From Candidatus Thorarchaeota archaeon (GTDB taxonomy: Archaea; Asgardarchaeota; Thorarchaeia; Thorarchaeales; Thorarchaeaceae), in contig JBHLRZ010000046.1 in assembly GCA_048882045.1 (NCBI GenBank), positions 1 to 22,235 on the forward strand: a stretch of DNA of 22,235 bases, in the 5' to 3' direction. Numbering within the stretch: position 1 is the first letter of the stretch; the number at the start of each line of letters is the position of its first letter. The translations under genes and the position numbers were made by a program. Positions 8,952-17,970 of this stretch are shown one piece after another. The notes under the pieces were generated by a model. It had not been told where the DNA came from. It ran no database searches and saw nothing but the letters and a program-made list of their open reading frames with translations.

Positions 8952-9901
8952 GGGAGATATTGCATTAGGTAGATTGCATATAGCGGGATGACGACGAAGG
9001 CTAGTAGTCCAACTAAAGCACCAACCTTGTCAAGTGTACTTGCTATCATGAGCTTCTTCTTATCGTCAGGGCCAGCAAGTGGTATGATAGCTGCACCAAG
9101 CACAATAACATCACCTATAATCAGGAGTGGCCACAGGTCCCAATTTGCAAAGCCCCAGATCCAAACTAGAGTGTAACTCAGGACACCAATTATGTTGAAT
9201 ACTGCAGCCACAACAGCCGCTGCACTATAACCATAAACTCTAGCGATGGTCCTCACATCGCGCTCTTCATCACCTTCAACGTCCTCGGCACCCTTGATGG
9301 TCTCTCGAGCCTGAAGGATAAGAAACGCTGTGAAAAAGAACAGCCAGTGAGGGAGAGGAATTGCATTAGAGAGCGCTTGGCCTACTGTTTCAGCATAAAT
9401 GAATGAACCATAAAGTACACCAAATGCAAATGAAAACGCCACCATGAAGTTCCCGGCTAGACCGAGTGTCTTCACCTTGGCTGCATAGGCATACCCGATG
9501 ATCTCGAAACAGAGTACAATGAGCGCACTCCAAGGACCAGTAAGGAGAGCAAATAGCAGACCCATAATGCTGAGAAAGGCCACATAGAACCAGGCCTGTC
9601 TGACAGTCATCCGTCCACTCGGTAATGCACGGTGCGGACGATTGATCTTGTCAACCTCTATGTCGAAGATGTCGTTGACAACATTTCCTCCTGCTGCAAC
9701 AAAGAAATAGGTCACATATCCGTAAGCAAAAAGAAACAGGAAATCCGCAAGAGAACCTATTGGGACCATCCGATATGCCATTGCCACTCCCGCAAGCACA
9801 GTCAACCCTCCAATGATACAGTTCTGAGGTCGGAGGATCGATAAGAATGCCAGCGGGTAGAATCTCTTTTTGTTCGACTCCTCAACCATTACTTGGTCCA
9901 C
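8948..9901 (-). CDS. Digeranylgeranylglyceryl phosphate synthase (UbiA prenyltransferase family)
   Basis: LRPQNC, NDIFDIEVDKINRPHRALPSG, YAAKVK...GN and RETIKGAEDVEGD; multi-TM. Start is GTG 9901 or ATG 9889. Confidence 0.88.
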   Translation of the reverse strand: MDQVMVEESNKKRFYPLAFLSILRPQNCIIGGLTVLAGVAMAYRMVPIGSLADFLFLFAYGYVTYFFVAAGGNVVNDIFDIEVDKINRPHRALPSGRMTVRQAWFYVAFLSIMGLLFALLTGPWSALIVLCFEIIGYAYAAKVKTLGLAGNFMVAFSFAFGVLYGSFIYAETVGQALSNAIPLPHWLFFFTAFLILQARETIKGAEDVEGDEERDVRTIARVYGYSAAAVVAAVFNIIGVLSYTLVWIWGFANWDLWPLLIIGDVIVLGAAIIPLAGPDDKKKLMIASTLDKVGALVGLLAFVVIPLYAIYLMQYLP

Positions 9902-9992
9902 CTAGATTCCCTCAGAGTTTCTAGCAAATAAAGACTTGTGTACAATACACACCCAATCACTCATATTCACATGGACTTGCGACCAGTTAGAA

Positions 9993-10832
9993 ATGTTGCC
10001 GGATAAAATCCGTTTTGGACCTGCTGGGTACCCATCAGAAGCTAAGGGGAATGTGAAGAAGGTATTTGACATATTCACAGATGTAGGAGTGGATGCGTTC
10101 GAATACGCTGCTGTGTACGGTCTCAGAACAGGTAAGGAGAAAGCAAAGCAGATAGGTGATTTGTCAAGACAGGCAGACATCTTCATGAGTATGCATGCTG
10201 CGTATTACATAAGTTTGGCATCAGCGACTGCTCGAATACGTAAGGCATCAAAACAGCGATTGGTGAAGGCACTCAAATTTGCTCCTTTGATGAATGTGAA
10301 ACGGATAGTCTTTCATGCTGGAACCCATGGGAAACGAACTACCGAGGAAACACATACTATCATTCGGGATGCGTTGAAGGATGTGTGGGAAACTGCTGGT
10401 GAACTTGGAGAGGGAGCTCTCCTAGCACCAGAGATTGCTGGGAAACTTTCTGCATATGGCTCGCAAGAGCAAATCATCAGGCTTTGCCAAGAAGTGGATG
10501 GATGTATTCCAACAATAGACTGGGCTCATCTATATGCAAGAAGCCAAGGCGAGGTCAATGAAAAGGACAGCTACCACAAGGTGTTGACTGAGTTTGAAGA
10601 CGAACTTGGAGATCTTTTCGTCAACAATATGCACTTTCATGTGAGCGGAATAACTTTCACTGAAAAGGGAGAAGCGGCACACAGACCACTAGGACAAGAC
10701 TGGGGACCTGATATCTTTCCACTCGTCGAGATTGTGAGGGAGTGTGGATACAAGCCCACTTTCATAAGTGAATCAACAAACCCACTTGAGGGTGCCCTCT
10801 ACACCAAGTTCCTATACGAAGGGCTGGAGTGA
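9993..10832 (+). CDS. nfo: Endonuclease IV-like TIM-barrel (AP endonuclease 2 family)
   Basis: IRFGPAG, SMHAAYYISL, VFHAG, PEIAGK, IDWAHLYAR, HFHVSGI and ISES. The likely start is ATG 9993. Confidence 0.85.
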   Translation: MLPDKIRFGPAGYPSEAKGNVKKVFDIFTDVGVDAFEYAAVYGLRTGKEKAKQIGDLSRQADIFMSMHAAYYISLASATARIRKASKQRLVKALKFAPLMNVKRIVFHAGTHGKRTTEETHTIIRDALKDVWETAGELGEGALLAPEIAGKLSAYGSQEQIIRLCQEVDGCIPTIDWAHLYARSQGEVNEKDSYHKVLTEFEDELGDLFVNNMHFHVSGITFTEKGEAAHRPLGQDWGPDIFPLVEIVRECGYKPTFISESTNPLEGALYTKFLYEGLE

Positions 10833-10839
10833 TGATAAA

Positions 10840-12180
10840 ATGGCAAAGTATGCATTCGTACTTGGTTCAAACTGGTTGCTCAGCATCGCTGAGCTCATGG
10901 TATACATCCAAGATAGAGGGTACGAGGGTGTACTTGTTGATCACTCAAGGAATGCAGCCATTGTCGATATCAAACAACGATTAGATGTTGACCAGATAGT
11001 AGACATGCAATCTGCCCTTGGAGGGTGCTACAAGGTTGGAAAGGTAATCTGGGAGTATGAGATAGATGTACCACTGAAAGCATTCCCTGCAAGAGGTGCA
11101 TCAGACAAAGAGATGTTGAAGGAGATCAAAAAGTGTCCTTGGCTCAAAATCGTTTGGTCTAGGATAAAAGGGAAGAAAATCAAGTTTGGAATCAGTACCT
11201 ATCCAGTCTTTGATGGACGCTTTCCTGTGAATTTTAGAAGTTTCACACGGGGGATGGATGACGAGGTGAAGAAACTCCTCCATGAAAATGGAGCTAGGAG
11301 AGCAGACTACTATGCATACGATGAACCCGACAGACGAGTTTCAGGCAGATTGAACATAGCACTTTGGCCTAAGACCATTGCACGAAACAACCTACTCGTA
11401 CCACCTAATGCAGAGATCCTTGCGGTCTTTTCGGAGAAAAAGCTATACATTGCTAGAACCCGCGTGGTCTATGATTCTATGCTACAACAATATAGGGATG
11501 AATCTAGACCTTTCGTTTCAGCTGAAATCAGCACTAGTCCAAAACTATGTAGGTCACTTCTCAATCTGGCAGGTGCAAGACCCGGAGACACGGTTCTAGA
11601 CCCTTTCTGTGGAACAGGCACATTACTCATGGAAGCAGCAATTCTTGGCATGAAATGCATTGGTATAGACATTGACTCAGACCAAGTGCACGGTGCAAGA
11701 TCCAATATGAAATGGCTCGCAAAGGATCTGGGTGAGAAACTCCAGTATGACATCTTCAAAGGCGACTCAAGGAAACTTTCGACCCTTGTGAAGAAACAGG
11801 TTGATGCTGTGGCTTTTGAACCGCTCTTAGGTCCAATCTACAAGGAAGTCCCAAGCGTAGAGGAAGCTCAAAAGACCATCAAAGAACTAACAATATTGTA
11901 TCGAGAAGCACTTACCGAGATTGCGAAGGTCCTTAGACCAGAAGGACGCGTAGCTATGACAATCCCAGTGATCAACACACAGGGAGACCCTCAATCTGTA
12001 AAGTTCAGTGAGATGACGATAGGCACAGGGTTGACACTCTACAGGATGCTATCAAGCGACTCTATTAAGACTCCAGCCGATATCAATCCTCGTCTGAAGA
12101 TAAGACCAGGTCGTGAGCTCATACCAGAGAGAAAGCGAGGTCAGGCAGTTCAGAGGGCTGTTATCGTGCTTGAGAAATAG
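10840..12180 (+). CDS. THUMP-type SAM-dependent RNA methyltransferase (Trm11/Trm14-like)
   Basis: RD..RP...S..PKL.R.L.NLA, VLDPFCGTGTLLMEA, GIDID and L..GRVA. The likely start is ATG 10840, after a GGAGTGA SD, in an operon with nfo. Confidence 0.8.
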   Translation: MAKYAFVLGSNWLLSIAELMVYIQDRGYEGVLVDHSRNAAIVDIKQRLDVDQIVDMQSALGGCYKVGKVIWEYEIDVPLKAFPARGASDKEMLKEIKKCPWLKIVWSRIKGKKIKFGISTYPVFDGRFPVNFRSFTRGMDDEVKKLLHENGARRADYYAYDEPDRRVSGRLNIALWPKTIARNNLLVPPNAEILAVFSEKKLYIARTRVVYDSMLQQYRDESRPFVSAEISTSPKLCRSLLNLAGARPGDTVLDPFCGTGTLLMEAAILGMKCIGIDIDSDQVHGARSNMKWLAKDLGEKLQYDIFKGDSRKLSTLVKKQVDAVAFEPLLGPIYKEVPSVEEAQKTIKELTILYREALTEIAKVLRPEGRVAMTIPVINTQGDPQSVKFSEMTIGTGLTLYRMLSSDSIKTPADINPRLKIRPGRELIPERKRGQAVQRAVIVLEK

Positions 12181-13017
12181 TCAGAACAGGTATCTAACAA
12201 CATCATCCAAGATTGCATATGTCTGGAGTCGCTGAATGTCACTCTTCACGTAGGGCATGACATAGTCAAACAGGACATCACGATATGCCTTCGGTGTAAC
12301 TATCTCTCGTACAGCTTTTGCAAGAAGCCGGAGGACCTCTTCAAGTGAGTCCCTCAGGTGCTGATACGCAACTGCATTGACATCTATCTCAAGGACTTCG
12401 ATGCCCGCTCCATCGATTGGAACATGGGTGAGGAAAGGGTAACGGTCAAGCATCGGTTCGAGCCAACCGGTCATTCGTTTCACGATGGATTCACGTTTCT
12501 TCTTGCTGGTCTTTACCCTCATGATCCCCCTGAAAAGATGATTATAGACCTCCAGGCAGTCCATTGATTTTCCTGCAAGGAGACTCTCGTCAGTGACCTC
12601 ATACTGCTCAACGAGTTCGTCGATGAACTTACCAAACTTCTTGAAAGTGTTTGGAGCGCCTTGCCAGTGTTTCAGTACTGTAGCGAGGTCAGAGTTCTTG
12701 GGAACCTCCTGTTTGACAAATTCATTCAATGCATATTCCAACATGAAACGCATGTGACCAAGTCGTGCTGCCTTTGAAACCACCATTACAAACAGGAGGT
12801 GTTCGTTTGCCTCCCAGACATACCTGTTTGTTTCTGTATCAACAGTACGTAGGGTTTCGTTGGAAGCTTTATCAATGAAGGTATGTGTTGCAGAAAGGAA
12901 TGGTGCGATGAGATCCATATCCAATTTCACAAGGTCTGAGTAGGCTCTCGCAACAAGATTTCTACCACTGCCACGCTCGATAAGCCAGACACCCAAGATA
13001 GATCTCTTGTCGGACAT
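12181..13017 (-). CDS. Longin-like domain protein with C-terminal helical domain
   Basis: N-terminal beta-beta-alpha-beta-beta-beta-alpha pattern: ILGVWLIE..SGRNLV...DMDLIAPFLSATHTF...LRTV...RYVW...LLFVMVV...LEYALNEF. This is typical of Asgard longin-like proteins. Confidence 0.65.
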   Translation of the reverse strand: MSDKRSILGVWLIERGSGRNLVARAYSDLVKLDMDLIAPFLSATHTFIDKASNETLRTVDTETNRYVWEANEHLLFVMVVSKAARLGHMRFMLEYALNEFVKQEVPKNSDLATVLKHWQGAPNTFKKFGKFIDELVEQYEVTDESLLAGKSMDCLEVYNHLFRGIMRVKTSKKKRESIVKRMTGWLEPMLDRYPFLTHVPIDGAGIEVLEIDVNAVAYQHLRDSLEEVLRLLAKAVREIVTPKAYRDVLFDYVMPYVKSDIQRLQTYAILDDVVRYLF

Positions 13018-13100
13018 GGAATCTTCTCCCTGTCCTATGTGTTTGATTCAATGATGATAAGCCTATATACGACGTGCGAAATATACGATAAAAGGCGAAA

Positions 13101-13310
13101 CTACCATCTCCGCACTCCTCTTAACCTACGCCGGTTCTCCTCCAATCTGGCCCGTTCTTTCATCTGTTCGTGTTCTCTCAGTAACTCCTTCTTAGTTACA
13201 TGACCGTCCTTCTGAGAATGATATCCCCTATCTTTCAAAGAAGTCATCCAATACAACCCCACAACAAATACAGTGATTGCGACAATGACAATAATCAATC
13301 CGGTCCACAT
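13101..13310 (-). CDS. Small single-pass membrane protein
   Basis: One N-terminal TM helix plus a charged helical tail. A TTATATA box lies about 25 nt upstream of the ATG on the minus strand. Confidence 0.6.
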   Translation of the reverse strand: MWTGLIIVIVAITVFVVGLYWMTSLKDRGYHSQKDGHVTKKELLREHEQMKERARLEENRRRLRGVRRW

Positions 13311-13382
13311 ATCGAAACTTTTCCCTCAGCGTATATAATTGTCTGAGTGTAGATAAACATTCAGAGTAATGAAAATGTGAGA

Positions 13383-13406
13383 AAGGAGGGGAACGAGCCC
13401 CTCCTT
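13383..13406 (-). terminator. Stem-loop immediately after the tfb stop
   Basis: 9-bp stem AAGGAGGGG/CCCCTCCTT with a 6-nt loop, followed on the minus strand by pyrimidine-rich TCTCACATTTTC. Confidence 0.6.
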
Positions 13407-13409
13407 AGT

Positions 13410-14375
13410 TCAGGTGGTCGAGATGCCTAGCTTCTCCACCATCTCTTTGTAGCGGTTCCGCACAGTGACCTCAGTCACTCGAGCAGTTCGTGCAATCTCA
13501 AGTTGGGTCCTTCTAGCACCTGTGAGAATGCTAGCAACATAGATTGCAGCAGCCGCCATTCCCTTAGGATCTTTTCCGATTGTAAGCCTCTGTTCCCGAG
13601 CCAAGTTCAGTATATCAATAGCCTTCTTCTTCGCATCACCTGGTAATTCCAACTCCGTTCCAAATCTATGAACAAACTCAATGGGATTTGAAAATGGGAT
13701 CTTGAGGTTCAGATATCTAAGAATCAGCCGAACACATAGGCTGAGTTCCTTACGTGTGATATGGATCTGCTCCACTACCTCTTCAAGGGGTCGTGGAACC
13801 TTGTGCACACGACACGCAAGATAGAGTGAGGCTGCAATCATCCCTAAAATTGTCCGACCACGGGTCAACCTCTTTCTCAAGGCTTTCCTGTAGATTACGG
13901 CCGAGGTTTCTCGAATTGAGTAGGGAATACTCAACTGAGAGCTTATTCTATGGAGCTCTGTCATCGCAACTGCAAGATTGCGTTTGTCAGATGAATGCAC
14001 CTTGGTTCGTATCTGCCACTTACGCAGTCTATGAATTTCCGCTCTTCGTGTGGAAGTGAGCTTCCTTCCTGATGCATCAACGTTCTGTCGCCCGATTGTC
14101 GTAGTGAGACCTTGGTCAAACTTACTCCAATCAGTGGGACCTCCTACACGCTGTCGGGCATTTTGCTCATCAGCTGTAAAGGCTCGCCACTCAGGGCCCA
14201 TATCAATAGAATGATCTGATAGAACTAATCCGCAACTGGAACAAATAACTTCTCCACGAGTATGGTCGATATACACATCGACGCAACTACAAGCAGAGCA
14301 GACATAGCTGGCCGAACCTGTGCGCTCCTTCTTTCTTTGGGTCTTTTGTTTGCTGGCCAGTCCAATCATCTCCAT
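13410..14375 (-). CDS. tfb: Transcription initiation factor IIB (TFB)
   Basis: Zn ribbon CSAC...GEVICSSCGLV, B-reader GPEWRAF, RLRKWQ, two cyclin repeats, GKDPKGMAAAAIY and VTEVTVRNRYKE. The exact start is uncertain. Confidence 0.96.
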   Translation of the reverse strand: MEMIGLASKQKTQRKKERTGSASYVCSACSCVDVYIDHTRGEVICSSCGLVLSDHSIDMGPEWRAFTADEQNARQRVGGPTDWSKFDQGLTTTIGRQNVDASGRKLTSTRRAEIHRLRKWQIRTKVHSSDKRNLAVAMTELHRISSQLSIPYSIRETSAVIYRKALRKRLTRGRTILGMIAASLYLACRVHKVPRPLEEVVEQIHITRKELSLCVRLILRYLNLKIPFSNPIEFVHRFGTELELPGDAKKKAIDILNLAREQRLTIGKDPKGMAAAAIYVASILTGARRTQLEIARTARVTEVTVRNRYKEMVEKLGISTT

Positions 14376-14711
14376 GCAGGCTCACTCTGTCGGTGGCACT
14401 GCTGTCAGAGCTGTGGGTTGATCGAATGCGTCGGTCCTTCCTGGCGCGAAAGAACCCTTGTCTTTGTCGCGGCATTGTGGACTGTCCGAATTTCGGACGA
14501 GCACCTTTGCGCAGACAATAAATCTAAATAAACCCTTTGTCGCTTTTATCAAACGTTTGTTTTACCAATAAATGATGTAATATATTATCTTTTTATTGAT
14601 TCTATACGAAACAGACCGGCCAAAAACAATGCTTTTGTGATGAGTCAAGAGTCTGAGCGTTTCATTTATGAAGAATGAGGAAAGAAATTCTACTGTCTGG
14701 GAGATAAGCGA

Positions 14712-16619
14712 GTGACAAAGAAAGTTACCAACCCTTGGGAAACGATGAGAAAGTCGGTAGTGAAAATATTAGCTGACGCCGCTTCGATCCCGATGGAAAA
14801 AGTTTCTGCCACAATCGAGAGACCTCCAGACCCAGCACTGGGAGACCTATCATCTACGCTTGGGTTTGCCCTCGCTAAAGAGCTCAAAAAGAATCCAGCT
14901 GTAATTGCCTCTGAACTCCTAACGAAGATAGTTGAGCTAGTAGATAAACAGCATCTCATAAAAGAGGCTCAAACGAAGGGGCCATACATCAATGTCTATC
15001 TTGACAAAGGGAATCTTGCTGAACTGACTATACAAAGCGTTTTGAATCTGGGAGACAACTACGGAAGCAGTGATGAATTCAAAGGCAAACGAGCTTTGGT
15101 CGAATACCCTGCGGTGAATCCTTCAAAACCTTGGCACATTGGTCATGCTCGGAATGCAATTCTGGGAGATACACTCTGTAACATCTTGGATTGGGTAGGA
15201 TATGACGCTGTTCGTCTAGACTACATCAACGATCTTGGTTTGCAGATTGCACAGGTCATATGGAAGTTGAAACAGGTCAAAGAGTTCGATGGCAAGTCAA
15301 AGTACGACCACTATCTTGGACACCTCTATGTCGAGGTGCAGAAAGAGTTCGACGATAGTGAATTAGTACAAGAAGAAGTCCGAAAAGTTTCAAGAAACCT
15401 CGAAGCGCTTTCTAGTAGTGATGCTAAACTCAGTAGTGAGATGGTGAGAAAGTGTCTAGCTGCACAGTTCGAGACCTCCTATCGTCTGGGGATATATCAT
15501 CACTATCAGGTGTGGGAGAGTGCAATTGCTCATAGTGGAGTCTTAGAACTTGCTCAGAAGATGATGCTCAAGTCAGAGAATATTCTGAAGCTCGAAGAGG
15601 GTGAGAAGGCAGGTTGTATAGTAGCAGATCTTTCTGTCATTGACGAGTTTAAGGACATGAAGGACCCCTACAAGATTTTATTCAGGTCTGACGGAACTAG
15701 AACATACACCGGAGCCGATGTCGCTCTTCAACTCTGGAAGTTTGGCATAATCGAGGATCCGTTCAAGTATTCCCTAATGGAAATTCAACCGAATGGTGAG
15801 AAGGTGTATCGTACAGACCTTGAGGGAGAGAAACGAAACATTGGCAAGTTCGACCTCGTGATGAACGTGATTGGTTCTCGTCAGGCGCATCCACAAAAGA
15901 TGGTATATACCATCCTAGACATCTTGGGATACAAGAAGGAAAGTGAGAATTCACACCACATAGCATACGAATTCGTTGGTCTTGAGGGTGAAGACTTCTC
16001 TGGTAGGGAGGGGACATGGATAGGATTCTCAACTGACGACGTTCTTGATAAAGCCACAGAACTCGCAAGGGTCGAGGTTGACAAACGCAATCCTGAAGAG
16101 TCTGACGAGTTCAAAGATAAGGTCGCAAACCAAGTCGGGGTTGGGGCATTACGATACTTCATGCTCAATGCATCTCCAGACAGACAGATCACTTTCAGAT
16201 GGGATGAGGCACTCGACTTCAGTGGTGATGCTGCACCGTATCTTCAGTATTCACATGCTCGAGCCCAAAGAATCTTAGAAAAGGCAGAGAATGATTCGTC
16301 CTCTAACAGTGATTTGACCCTATTATCAACAGAGCCTGAGTTCGAGCTAGTCAAAGAGATTGCTAGGTTCCCAGAGGAGATTTTAGAGGTTGCGAAATCC
16401 CTAAAGAAGAACGTGTGGGGGACCAGTTTCACGTCAAACAGAATCACAGCCTATGGATATAGTCTAGCAAACCTATTCAGTAAATTCTATGACTCATCTC
16501 CAGTATTGAAAGCGAATCCTGAGGTCAGGGAAGCACGTTTGGTCCTTGTCCAAGCATTCAAGACAACTATGGCAAACTGTCTGACAGTTCTAGGAATTCC
16601 CGTTGTGGAACGAATGTAA
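14712..16619 (+). CDS. argS: Arginine--tRNA ligase
   Basis: GPYIN, VNPSKPWHIGHARN (HIGH), RSDGTRTY, FSGREG and APYLQYSHARA. The C-terminal anticodon-binding domain ends LGIPVVERM. Confidence 0.96.
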   Translation: MTKKVTNPWETMRKSVVKILADAASIPMEKVSATIERPPDPALGDLSSTLGFALAKELKKNPAVIASELLTKIVELVDKQHLIKEAQTKGPYINVYLDKGNLAELTIQSVLNLGDNYGSSDEFKGKRALVEYPAVNPSKPWHIGHARNAILGDTLCNILDWVGYDAVRLDYINDLGLQIAQVIWKLKQVKEFDGKSKYDHYLGHLYVEVQKEFDDSELVQEEVRKVSRNLEALSSSDAKLSSEMVRKCLAAQFETSYRLGIYHHYQVWESAIAHSGVLELAQKMMLKSENILKLEEGEKAGCIVADLSVIDEFKDMKDPYKILFRSDGTRTYTGADVALQLWKFGIIEDPFKYSLMEIQPNGEKVYRTDLEGEKRNIGKFDLVMNVIGSRQAHPQKMVYTILDILGYKKESENSHHIAYEFVGLEGEDFSGREGTWIGFSTDDVLDKATELARVEVDKRNPEESDEFKDKVANQVGVGALRYFMLNASPDRQITFRWDEALDFSGDAAPYLQYSHARAQRILEKAENDSSSNSDLTLLSTEPEFELVKEIARFPEEILEVAKSLKKNVWGTSFTSNRITAYGYSLANLFSKFYDSSPVLKANPEVREARLVLVQAFKTTMANCLTVLGIPVVERM

Positions 16620-17969
16620 TCATCCAGAGGTCACTGTAGCATTTTCTATCACAAACGAGGGAGTTTCCATTGTAAAAGTCGTTCGTGAGTCTTCACCGAT
16701 TCGAGTGATTCGCTGTAAGAGATCTCGCATGTTGATACCGACCAGTGTGTTCTTGACAGGATGCTTGATCTCACCTTTCTCGATGTAAAAGCCTTCAAGT
16801 AACATGGCACTCAGATCGCCAGTAGTCATGTTCGGTCGGTCACCTGTCCGGTAGCAAATGACTCCTCGATTAATTTCAGCCACAAGATCTTCAAGTGGGC
16901 CCTTTTGGGGTGAGAGAACGAAATTCGATGTGGATATCGATGGGAGTCCCGAATAGGATGGACGACTTGCATTTCCTGTGTTTGGAACGCCATCCTTGTT
17001 TGCAGTATAGGAATTGTGCAGTAGACTCTTGAACACTCCTGCCTCGATGATCGGAGTCCGTTGTGTTGGATACCCCTCGCCATCAAAGGATCTTGAACCA
17101 ATACCAAAGTCAAGTAATGCATCGTCGGTGAGAGAAACAATGTCCGACGCGATTGTATCACCGAAAGCATCGGAGATGTATGAGCGTCCCATTTGGACCT
17201 CCTCTGCACTTATCGCTCCAGCAAATCCACGACCAAGGACAGCACTAGCACCCAGAGGAGCAAATACTACCGGCATCTCTCCGCTCTCTATTGTCTTGGG
17301 TCCCAAGTTGTCTAGAGTGAGTCGTGCTGCATTCTCACCAACAAATTCGGGGTTGATTTCATTTAGTCTTCTGGATACCTGATACTCATAGCTGGTTGTC
17401 TGATCATCACCTTCTTTCACAATAGGTAGTGAATAGATGGTAATGGAGGTCTTTGAAGTAGATTTTCCAACTCCAAGTGAGTTAGCAACTGCAATTGTAG
17501 TAGACGAGGTCTCAATACCTCCATCAATTGCGTAATCTCTTCCCTCGAGGACTTGCTTTGAAGCATCGATGACCCGGATTATATAATTCGCTGCTTCGTC
17601 AGGTGTGAAGTCTTTGATTGCTTTGTCGAAGAGTCCCTTGACTTTAGGATAAGATGAGCTAGTTGAAGGGAGAGCTAAAAATTCAGGATCAGGTATTGAT
17701 GCCTTAGCTAGATCAAAAGACTTCGATACTGCCTCTTTGATATCATCTTCATATATGGTTGTGACATAAGCAAATCCAATCTTTTTGTCAATGACTGAAC
17801 GAATACCAATTCCTGCGTCATGTTGTTCCTCAGCACTCTTGATGGCGCTGTTCTCAACATCAATAACAAATGAGCTTGATTGACCAACATAAGCCTCAGC
17901 CATATCAGCTCCGAGCTTTTCTGCCAGCTTTACAGCTTTTTCACCCAACTCCAGAAGTTGTTCATTCAT
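16620..17969 (-). CDS. pmbA: TldE/PmbA family protein
   Basis: GADMAEAY, GIGIR, FDGEG.P, L.NSYTA, TGNA.R and TGDLS...GFYIEKGEI..PV. It lacks the HExxH motif. Confidence 0.9.
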   Translation of the reverse strand: MNEQLLELGEKAVKLAEKLGADMAEAYVGQSSSFVIDVENSAIKSAEEQHDAGIGIRSVIDKKIGFAYVTTIYEDDIKEAVSKSFDLAKASIPDPEFLALPSTSSSYPKVKGLFDKAIKDFTPDEAANYIIRVIDASKQVLEGRDYAIDGGIETSSTTIAVANSLGVGKSTSKTSITIYSLPIVKEGDDQTTSYEYQVSRRLNEINPEFVGENAARLTLDNLGPKTIESGEMPVVFAPLGASAVLGRGFAGAISAEEVQMGRSYISDAFGDTIASDIVSLTDDALLDFGIGSRSFDGEGYPTQRTPIIEAGVFKSLLHNSYTANKDGVPNTGNASRPSYSGLPSISTSNFVLSPQKGPLEDLVAEINRGVICYRTGDRPNMTTGDLSAMLLEGFYIEKGEIKHPVKNTLVGINMRDLLQRITRIGEDSRTTFTMETPSFVIENATVTSG

Positions 17970-17970
17970 G

